A DNA stretch of 40,265 nucleotides, from the NCBI GenBank assembly GCA_016211995.1, contig JACRHU010000078.1, positions 1 to 40,265 of the forward strand, in the 5' to 3' direction. Made by a program: the position numbers and the translations under genes. Within the stretch, counting starts at the first letter, position 1. The number at the start of each line of letters is the position of its first letter. Shown here piece by piece: positions 15,492 to 22,678 of the stretch. The notes under the pieces were generated by a model. That model was given only the letters and a program-made list of their open reading frames with translations, was not told where the DNA came from and made no database searches. The stretch is from Candidatus Pacearchaeota archaeon (GTDB lineage Archaea; Nanobdellota; Nanobdellia; Pacearchaeales; DTIR01).

Positions 15492-17333
15492 CTATGACCC
15501 TGAAACTCCTAAAGTTCTTTGAATCCTATGTTGATATATCTCTGGAAGAATCATTCCTTGCTCTCTCTGTTTTTTATAATAGAATTTTCCTAAATCATCT
15601 ATTACATCTGTTATTTTCGTTTTTTTATTATATCCTTTTAACATAGGGTTAATTTCTTCTTTATAGTCAGTCAAGAAACCGCATAAAGTCATTAAATCTG
15701 CCACATTTCTTGCTATGAGAACATTTCTTATCTCTTCAGAATTGCTTATTTTTGCTCTTAACAATTTTGCCTGCTCTGTTAGATTATCTACCAAAGTTTC
15801 TACCCCCCCAGATTCATGTATAGTATCTCTCAGGGATTTTTGTATTGCAGTCCTCTTTATTCCCTGATTTGGATCCATCATATCAAAATTAGTAGTAAAA
15901 AGTTTTGACTCCTGCATGTAATCCTGCAATAAGCTGACATACTGATTAAGAATTTGATTTATAGCATTTACAGGACTCTGTGATTCTGATTTTTGTTTGT
16001 TTCTTGCAAGCAATGCAGTAGCTCCTGCAACTTCTCTTATACTAACATATTTCTTCATATCAAGATATTCTTCAAGAGGATTTTTTGCCTTCAAGGAATC
16101 TTTAACATTTCTCAATGTTGCAAGAACATCAGCAAGCCTTTTAATCTGTACAATATCTCTGAATATCATAGGAACTTTGAACGAATAAGTTATTTCATGA
16201 ATTTTTTTTATATTATCAGTTTCATGCAAGCTTTCTGTTATAGTAATTCCTTTTTTAAGCTTTGATTCCCAATCACTGATTACATTCTTTTCATAGTTAA
16301 AATATTCAATTAAATTTCCGCTGAATGTAGCGATAAGAAGGTCAGAAAGTTCTAATGCAGAATAGAGTATCGGCTTATCTGTTCTTTTTGATTCTGTTAT
16401 CCAAGAATATGTTGAGAGCCAATCTCTTTCTAGATTTTCAAGAGTTTTTTCAGGAATGCCTAGATACTTTACAGTCCTTTCTGTGAATTTTTTCATAAAT
16501 TCTTCATGAGGCTTTTTTCCATCCTCTCCGAGCCATAGGACAGAGCCTGCGCTTGGAGCAGCATTGCCAACATATGTTTTTAGTAATCTATTATCAACAG
16601 CTGCATCTAACTGCAAGGTTTGTGTAAATTTTGAGTCATCTGTGTTTGCTGGGTTCTGCGCAGTAATTATAAGCAATTTCTTTAATCTACCGCTCTTTTC
16701 ATTGTATTTTCCATAATTTCCTGTAAATTCAGGAATAGGGATTCCAAATTTGTATATCTTACCTCCTAAATGCATTTCATTATCAAATAACTGCAGAGTT
16801 TCATTTGAATCTCCCCTATTAATCTCATCAACAATTACTGCTGCTGTTTTTTCAATAATATCTATCCTTGGATTTATAACCGGCATTCCATTCTCCATTT
16901 TTCCTTCCTGAAATGGTGAAAATAAATTATTCATAAAAGCATTTGCGCTGAGCCTGTATGCAAAGAAATTTTCTTTATTTAAGATTGCAGATACATATTT
17001 CATTGCAGTAAATGTTTTTCCTACACCTGTCTCTCCTTCTAAAAGAATAGGCATATCCCTTATATTAGAGCAAAAAATTTCATCTTCTAAGGAAATATCT
17101 AAAGCTTCTTTTTTAGGGACAAGGCTTTTTCCATAGGTTTCATCAAGAGAGATTACATGGTTGGTTTTATCATAACTGACTCGATATAATGGGGAAGGAA
17201 CTGTGTTTTTTCTCATTACATCATAGACAGAGCCTGCATATGAGAGAAGCATTGCTGCGTGCATCCTCTCCTCATTCTGCTCGGTTTTCCCTAGCTCACT
17301 TAATATTTTTTCTAATGTATATTTTTCATTCAT
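15492..17333 (-). CDS. MoxR/AAA_5-type AAA+ ATPase with long N- and C-terminal extensions
   Basis: Walker A is ILLEGETGVGKT, Walker B is AAVIVDEINRGD, sensor-1-like is IITAQNP, and LDAAVDNRL is present. The start is placed at ATG 17333 (MNEKY) because AGGAGTGG precedes it. The ORF track's longer start is at 17354. Confidence 0.8.
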   Translation of the reverse strand: MNEKYTLEKILSELGKTEQNEERMHAAMLLSYAGSVYDVMRKNTVPSPLYRVSYDKTNHVISLDETYGKSLVPKKEALDISLEDEIFCSNIRDMPILLEGETGVGKTFTAMKYVSAILNKENFFAYRLSANAFMNNLFSPFQEGKMENGMPVINPRIDIIEKTAAVIVDEINRGDSNETLQLFDNEMHLGGKIYKFGIPIPEFTGNYGKYNEKSGRLKKLLIITAQNPANTDDSKFTQTLQLDAAVDNRLLKTYVGNAAPSAGSVLWLGEDGKKPHEEFMKKFTERTVKYLGIPEKTLENLERDWLSTYSWITESKRTDKPILYSALELSDLLIATFSGNLIEYFNYEKNVISDWESKLKKGITITESLHETDNIKKIHEITYSFKVPMIFRDIVQIKRLADVLATLRNVKDSLKAKNPLEEYLDMKKYVSIREVAGATALLARNKQKSESQSPVNAINQILNQYVSLLQDYMQESKLFTTNFDMMDPNQGIKRTAIQKSLRDTIHESGGVETLVDNLTEQAKLLRAKISNSEEIRNVLIARNVADLMTLCGFLTDYKEEINPMLKGYNKKTKITDVIDDLGKFYYKKQREQGMILPEIYQHRIQRTLGVSGS

Positions 17334-18060
17334 TTTCCACTCCTGCTTTTGCAAGGGCAGTCATATATTGCTTAAGCTGATCGAGGGTTACAGTTTTCCT
17401 TAATTTATCAAGGCTGTATAATGAAGCATCAAGAAATTTCTTATTGTAAAGCATGCTCTCGACAGTCTCATCTGTAAGATTAAATCCTTCGAGAATACAA
17501 TCTGTAAAGACAAGTGCCTCTAAGTCTCTTCTGCTTTCTGCGCCTAAAAGAAATTCTTTTCTTTTCTTGCTTACAACATCAGAAATCATTTTGCCAACTG
17601 CTTCATAGTACAAGTCTGCTTCTTTTGCATTTTTCATGTCTGCCTTTCTTGATTTTTCATACACTGTTTTAAACTCATCAAATTTATTTTTATAATTAAC
17701 ATTCATTTGTTGTGAATACATTCCTGCTTCGAGCATTATTGCCTTAAGGTCAAAATAAGAAAGCCCTTCATCATCCTCTTCTTCATTTTCTTGCTCTTTC
17801 TCAACTTTCCTCAATGCCTTTGAAACTAAGATAAGATTATCGCAAATCTTATCTCCCTCAAGCATTAGATAGTAATCCATGAATAATATTCCTTTGTAAA
17901 AATCATCTCTCTTTATTCTAACTCCTTTTTTAATTGTGCTTTCAGCTACTAGCTTTTGTAAAAATGTATTGCTATGCAAACCAAAAGCTACCTTGAATTC
18001 CATATCATTCACATTAGGAAGATTTCTTATTAAAGTTCCTAGATATTTTTCTAGACTCAT
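17326..18060 (-). CDS. Hypothetical helical protein (244 aa), first gene after the internal gap of the cluster
   Basis: ATG preceded by AGGAGGAG. It overlaps the AAA+ start by 8 nt and has an acidic patch EKEQENEEEDDEG. No family recognised. Confidence 0.55.
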   Translation of the reverse strand: MSLEKYLGTLIRNLPNVNDMEFKVAFGLHSNTFLQKLVAESTIKKGVRIKRDDFYKGILFMDYYLMLEGDKICDNLILVSKALRKVEKEQENEEEDDEGLSYFDLKAIMLEAGMYSQQMNVNYKNKFDEFKTVYEKSRKADMKNAKEADLYYEAVGKMISDVVSKKRKEFLLGAESRRDLEALVFTDCILEGFNLTDETVESMLYNKKFLDASLYSLDKLRKTVTLDQLKQYMTALAKAGVENE

Positions 18061-18095
18061 TTTAAAAACTCCTCCTTATTATTCTCTGAATTACA

Positions 18096-18142
18096 TAAAA
18101 ATATTTTATTTTTAGGTTCCTGAAAATTCTTTATGAATTTTC
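18096..18142. repeat. Twin-hairpin intergenic element, copy 3
   Basis: Hairpin AAAAAT(18097-102)/ATTTTT(18108-113), central AGGTTCCT (18114-121), then hairpin GAAAATTC(18122-129)/GAATTTTC(18135-142). Confidence 0.55.
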
Positions 18143-18172
18143 TTGATTTAGGAAGTTGAAAATCTTTGATTT

Positions 18173-19051
18173 TCATCTTAAAAACTCCTTTACAGCATCG
18201 ATTTTTATTTTCATTTCAAGCATTTTTTGGTAAGTCTGCTGCAAATTCTCGATAGAGCCCTGATGTTCAGGAATCCAGTAAACTCCTCCAAGATATAGCT
18301 TAAAGCTCCTATCACCACTCCAGATTTTTCCTTTCATTGAACTTAGGGTCCTTTTATCAATATCTCCTTCATGCTTGTCAAGAAGACTAGAAAGCTCTTC
18401 AGGAGTAGCTGACTTTGCAGCCTTCATAACTTTTTCATAAACTGATTTTTCACTGGGTTCAATTGATGGCCTGAAAGATGGCTTGAAATGTGCTATAAAT
18501 TCTGGGAAAGTTATCAAATTGTAAACTTTGTTGTCTAAAATAAGCACTCTTTCATATCCTGTTATTGAACCAAATACAGAATCTTGCAATTTTTTAATCA
18601 GCCCGCTGTCTTCAATTTCTAATTCCTTCTGTTCAGTTATCTCCTCAGCATATTTTTTAGCAATTGTTGATTCAAGCTCTGAGATTACACCTGAACTAAG
18701 TCTGCCTTTAAGCGGATGATTATCTTCAAGATCAGAGAACCCTGTCAAAACTCTTTTTATAAAATCAGACTTCAGCTTTTTAAAATCATCTTTATATTTA
18801 GTGAAATATGCCTCTTCTTGTTGCATTGGTGTTGCTATTTCTTCAAGTCCATAAGTTTCTGTATACACTTTTATATAATCTTTCGCAGGATTTCTTGAAG
18901 GAACAAAAATATGGCCTTTATAAAAGATCTGTAAATCGTCTCTAAAAACTGGAAGCTGTGGTAGAGCCATTGCTAGTGTTATTTCATCTTCTACTATCTT
19001 TATATCATCCTTGAAAAATAAATCATTGCCTTTGACAACTCTCTCTGTCAT
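18173..19051 (-). CDS. Hypothetical protein (292 aa)
   Basis: ATG preceded by GGAGGAAAA. It has an ATGA start/stop overlap with the upstream 95-aa ORF. No family recognised. Confidence 0.55.
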   Translation of the reverse strand: MTERVVKGNDLFFKDDIKIVEDEITLAMALPQLPVFRDDLQIFYKGHIFVPSRNPAKDYIKVYTETYGLEEIATPMQQEEAYFTKYKDDFKKLKSDFIKRVLTGFSDLEDNHPLKGRLSSGVISELESTIAKKYAEEITEQKELEIEDSGLIKKLQDSVFGSITGYERVLILDNKVYNLITFPEFIAHFKPSFRPSIEPSEKSVYEKVMKAAKSATPEELSSLLDKHEGDIDKRTLSSMKGKIWSGDRSFKLYLGGVYWIPEHQGSIENLQQTYQKMLEMKIKIDAVKEFLR

Positions 19052-19335
19052 TTTTCCTCCAAATATTCATTTTCAAATTCATTTTTTCTAACATAATGCC
19101 TTGCATAAATTTCATAATCACCTGGTTCAGCTAGTATTTCATATTCATATCCTTTTGACTGCAATGCCTTAATCTCTAGATTGTTTAAATTTAGTTGTGA
19201 AAATGTCTTTTGAATTGTTTCTGCACATTCTTTATAAAAAGCTACAACAAACCAATCAATCTGTCTTGCTTTTGTTGCTTTTTGTGGCTTGAATTGCCTC
19301 CAGCTTGTATTGAGTTTATCTTCTAATTTATTCAT
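19048..19335 (-). CDS. Hypothetical protein (95 aa; MNKLEDKLNTSWRQF...)
   Basis: The internal ATG at 19335 is preceded by CAGGAGGA. The longer ORF-track start (19446) would lie inside the QueC-like gene. It overlaps the QueC-like stop by 8 nt. Confidence 0.5.
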   Translation of the reverse strand: MNKLEDKLNTSWRQFKPQKATKARQIDWFVVAFYKECAETIQKTFSQLNLNNLEIKALQSKGYEYEILAEPGDYEIYARHYVRKNEFENEYLEEK

Positions 19336-20155
19336 GTTTTTCCTCCTGTATTTTGTATTGCAGGGGGTCTTTAATGCCTGCATTTTCAAATGCCTCACTT
19401 CTTTTAATACAAGCAAAACAAGACCCGTCTGCAATTTCTTCAGCACTGAAGCATGATCTAGTTTTTTCTAGTGGAATATTTTTTTCAATTGCATATTTTA
19501 TTAAATTTCTTTTATACAAAATATCTCCAAATTCGGGGTCTGTTAATGGAGAGGTAATTTGCCAAGTCCAATCTGCTGTTTGTATACAGGTATTTAAGGT
19601 TTGGCTTCTAAGACTAAGCAATCCTAACTCTGGTTCGGTTTTGTCTTCTCCAACTGAACCTGAAAAAATTGTTCTTATATTTTTTTCTAATTTAGAATCA
19701 AGCGAAACAGCATACATTACAGCGAGATTCTGCATTGTTGAATTTCTTAGAGGATGCCCTACTGTTTTTGCCAGATTCTCAGGCAGATATTGCTTAAACT
19801 CTCTGGATGGAATTTTAAAATCAATTTTTACAGCTTCTTGCATAATGCTTGAAAATCTTTTTTTATAAAAATCAATAAAAAAATCAAATGCTTGCTCTTC
19901 AAATTTTTCTGCCCTTGCTCCTCTTCTAAAAAATACAGGATAAATTTTAGAACCCCATTCTTCTGCTAGTATGTTGAGCATTACAGTTGAGTCTAAACCT
20001 CCTGAGCAAAGAGCTATTACACTCTCATTAACAGGTGGCCTTGAAACATATCCTCTCTCACTTCTTAAGATTTCTTCTATTGTTTCTATATTTCTTGCAT
20101 AATTTTGCTGTGCATTTTTTACTCTTTCTCTAATTTCTTCAATACTTTCCTGCAT
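19328..20155 (-). CDS. Divergent QueC-like PP-loop ATPase (7-cyano-7-deazaguanine synthase family)
   Basis: The PP-loop ALCSGGLDST is encoded at 19985-20005. HPLRNSTMQNLAVMYA matches the QueC ARN block, and the C-terminus SCFSAEEIADGSCFACIKRSEAFENAGIKDP matches the QueC Zn/C-terminal block. A 45-aa N-terminal extension is present and the fourth Zn Cys is absent. Confidence 0.7.
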   Translation of the reverse strand: MQESIEEIRERVKNAQQNYARNIETIEEILRSERGYVSRPPVNESVIALCSGGLDSTVMLNILAEEWGSKIYPVFFRRGARAEKFEEQAFDFFIDFYKKRFSSIMQEAVKIDFKIPSREFKQYLPENLAKTVGHPLRNSTMQNLAVMYAVSLDSKLEKNIRTIFSGSVGEDKTEPELGLLSLRSQTLNTCIQTADWTWQITSPLTDPEFGDILYKRNLIKYAIEKNIPLEKTRSCFSAEEIADGSCFACIKRSEAFENAGIKDPLQYKIQEEKHE

Positions 20156-20768
20156 TTTTCAATATCTCCTTTAATTTATCATAATCCTCATCATAGATGT
20201 GCGCAGAAACAACATACATTACAAGTTCTCCACATTTTATCTTCAAAGCAGAGGCAACATTATTCTGTATTTCATTCAATGATATCATATTTGCATAAAC
20301 TTTTTTTCCAAAATCAATACTTCTGCAGAATGCAACGAGCATTAGTTTATTATTCCTAATTTTAAAGTCAAGCATGCTTACACAAGGAATATAATCTGAA
20401 TCGTCTTTCATTATTGTTGAGATTGTAGCTGATTTGCATTCAGGTTTATCCCTTAACTTTTGTTTGACCCATTCTATCTGATTTTTTCCATCAAAATTGA
20501 ATAATCTAGTGCCATAGCTTAATGCATTTTTGAGTTCTGGAACTCTTTTCTGCTCAAAAAAATTAGAATTCATCCATTCAATCATATTATTGTCAGAGTA
20601 TTGTTTTAAGATTCTATCTCTTAATAAAGGATTTTTTATTTTAACAGCTAAATGTATAATCTCTCGTATATCCTTATCTCCATCTTTCACTGGCTTTCCT
20701 TTTCTAAAAATCTGGCTGCATGATTCAAGCCATGCCTCCCCTATTGTTTTGCATTTAATTTCTTTCAT
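20139..20768 (-). CDS. Thymidylate-synthase-fold enzyme, archaeal short type (ThyA-like; dUMP-type Asn present)
   Basis: TIGEAWLE N-terminus, KSATISTI, catalytic IPCVSMLDF, CRSIDFGKKVYANMISL and SAHIYDEDY. The start is placed at ATG 20768 (GGGGGAT upstream, ATGA overlap with the upstream stop). The ORF-track start is 20780. Confidence 0.7.
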   Translation of the reverse strand: MKEIKCKTIGEAWLESCSQIFRKGKPVKDGDKDIREIIHLAVKIKNPLLRDRILKQYSDNNMIEWMNSNFFEQKRVPELKNALSYGTRLFNFDGKNQIEWVKQKLRDKPECKSATISTIMKDDSDYIPCVSMLDFKIRNNKLMLVAFCRSIDFGKKVYANMISLNEIQNNVASALKIKCGELVMYVVSAHIYDEDYDKLKEILKNAGKY

Positions 20769-21058
20769 TTTATCCCCCATGCCTTTCTTACGCTGCTGTA
20801 AGAAATATCTTTAATATATTCCACATCTTCTAATTTATCTTTATTATTTCTCTTCTTGATTAGCATCTTAAAATAATATGGGGCATGAGAACTGATAATA
20901 ATTCCCTCCCTTATCTCGGGGAAACCCTGTTTTTTATATTTTAATTGTATTCTTATACTGCTATAGCTCCCATATCCAAAGTTTTCATAAACCGGAGATT
21001 TATACCAATAATATGTTGGGTGAATTTCTTCAAGAATAGATTCAATATTTTTTGGCAT
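20765..21058 (-). CDS. Hypothetical protein (97 aa)
   Basis: ATG preceded by TAGGAGGAAAAA. It is wedged by overlaps between the ITPase and ThyA-like genes. No family recognised. Confidence 0.5.
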   Translation of the reverse strand: MPKNIESILEEIHPTYYWYKSPVYENFGYGSYSSIRIQLKYKKQGFPEIREGIIISSHAPYYFKMLIKKRNNKDKLEDVEYIKDISYSSVRKAWGIK

Positions 21059-21614
21059 TTTTTCCTCCTAAAAATTTAGCAAGTTTAGCAAGAGCCTTTT
21101 TTCTATGGGAGAATTTTGCCCTTTCTTGTAATGAAATTTCTGAAAGAGGTTTGTTGAAATTTTGTGGAACAAAAATGCTGTTGTATTCCCAATCTGGATT
21201 GAATTTCTTGCTTATTTCTTTTACAATCTTTCCTTTCCATATACCAAAGAAAATTTCTTCTGTTTTTCCATCTTTATAACATATAATTGTTTTGAAATAC
21301 GCATCTCTGTTTGCTTTGTCTAGCAGCTTTTCAACTCCTTTAAATCCTATTGCTTGAAACAGTGTCTTGGTGTAAGTTCCTGGAAAAATTTTGTATTCAG
21401 AAAAATAAATTCCAGTATCATCAACAATAACTGGTTTTTTTAATTTTTGGAAGGCTTGCTCTGCTTTGTTTTTCACAACCTGTTCTTGGTCAAGTGTTTT
21501 TGGCTCTTCTAGTTTTAAGTCTTTCATTACTAACTTTATATTTTGTAAAATAAGCCTGGCTTCTTTGAATTTTGATTCATTCTCTGTTATAAAATAAACT
21601 TGTTTCATTTTCAT
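21042..21614 (-). CDS. Ham1/RdgB-family non-canonical purine NTP pyrophosphatase (ITPase)
   Basis: FITENESKFKEA, VDDTGIYF, and a C-terminal ...SEISLQERAKFSHRKKALAKL (SHR motif). Size is 190 aa. Confidence 0.85.
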   Translation of the reverse strand: MKMKQVYFITENESKFKEARLILQNIKLVMKDLKLEEPKTLDQEQVVKNKAEQAFQKLKKPVIVDDTGIYFSEYKIFPGTYTKTLFQAIGFKGVEKLLDKANRDAYFKTIICYKDGKTEEIFFGIWKGKIVKEISKKFNPDWEYNSIFVPQNFNKPLSEISLQERAKFSHRKKALAKLAKFLGGKNAKKY

Positions 21615-22678
21615 TTCTGATACTCCTGGGCAATTGCCTTGAAAAGGCCAGTTGCTGATTTTACTGTATTTTTATTTAAGCATATGTCATCTCCTAGCAT
21701 GAACCTCTTGTAACCAAGAGACATCAAGTAAGCAATATCTGTAAGGTCATTACATGCAGGCATTTTTTCTATGTCTTTAAGAGAGCCAAAAATTCTCGAT
21801 GCAGCTATTGCATTTGGCTCTGCCCTTATTATTTCTTTCATTGCGCCGATTATTAAATGCGGAGCATCAAGTTCCACATATAAGTCTCCTCTTGGAAGCA
21901 TTAATCCAATTTCTTTATTTTTTGCCTTTAATTTTTGGTAGTCATTCCTAACAAAATCCATTCCTTCTTTATCTTCTGGCTTTCCAATAATTACAGCTTC
22001 AGAATGAATTTTCCAGACATCTTCGTAATCAGAGAGTTTTTTTGTATAAGAGATAAAAACTTTGTTCATGCCTAATTTTTTCATTGCCTCAAGATATTTG
22101 ACATCATTATCAGTGAAGTGGCCATCAATTTTTAATGAAGGATCAAGAATATTTACTGACATGCTTGGTCTTATTCCTACCTCTCCTTGACTTGCTAATG
22201 GAAGACCTTTTCTTCTTTCAACAGATCCAGGAATAACCAGTGTATCTTGATTAACAATGTCTTCAATTTGTCCAGTAAAATTCCCGTCATCTATCCATAG
22301 CTCTGTCGGTAAATTTACTTTTATTTTATGGCTGAGCCTTACATAATGAATCTCACCATCATTCAAAATCTTGACAGAATATTCTTTTATTCTTAGTTGC
22401 CTGCATTTTAAATCAACCCAAACATCTTTTCCAGAAGCCCTTTCGTTGACTAGAGAAAGTGTTTCTTCTATATTATCAACAGGAATTGTTGTATTTAGTC
22501 TGACACCTTCTATAATTGGCTCAAGTAAGTCTGTGAAATCTCCTTTAGCAGGAACAGTAAGTATTAAGCTATAGTCTCCTATTTTCTGAGGTAAGCTTTC
22601 TTGATATGTTTTAGAAAAAAAAGGACCCCCTAAAAGAAGTCCTAATAATCCTTGTTTACGTTGATTTTTTTGAGGCAT
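21611..22678 (-). CDS. Pyruvate-kinase-like TIM-barrel protein lacking the PK C-terminal domain (divergent active-site motifs)
   Basis: Collinear with PK. VWVDLKCRQLRIKE matches DTKGPEIR, LWIDDGNFTGQIEDI matches IDDG, RRKGLPL matches KGVNLP, IIGKPEDKEG matches KIEN, and MLPRGDLYVEL matches ARGDLGVE. At 355 aa it has no allosteric C-domain. Confidence 0.5.
   Translation of the reverse strand: MPQKNQRKQGLLGLLLGGPFFSKTYQESLPQKIGDYSLILTVPAKGDFTDLLEPIIEGVRLNTTIPVDNIEETLSLVNERASGKDVWVDLKCRQLRIKEYSVKILNDGEIHYVRLSHKIKVNLPTELWIDDGNFTGQIEDIVNQDTLVIPGSVERRKGLPLASQGEVGIRPSMSVNILDPSLKIDGHFTDNDVKYLEAMKKLGMNKVFISYTKKLSDYEDVWKIHSEAVIIGKPEDKEGMDFVRNDYQKLKAKNKEIGLMLPRGDLYVELDAPHLIIGAMKEIIRAEPNAIAASRIFGSLKDIEKMPACNDLTDIAYLMSLGYKRFMLGDDICLNKNTVKSATGLFKAIAQEYQK

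Noticed and set aside
19353-20814. Plus-strand ORFs 19353-19868, 20105-20359 and 20530-20814 antisense to the QueC-like and ThyA-like genes
   Set aside because: The minus-strand frames carry clear family motifs (SGGLDST; PC/RS.D/HIY). The antisense translations are low-complexity and lack an RBS.
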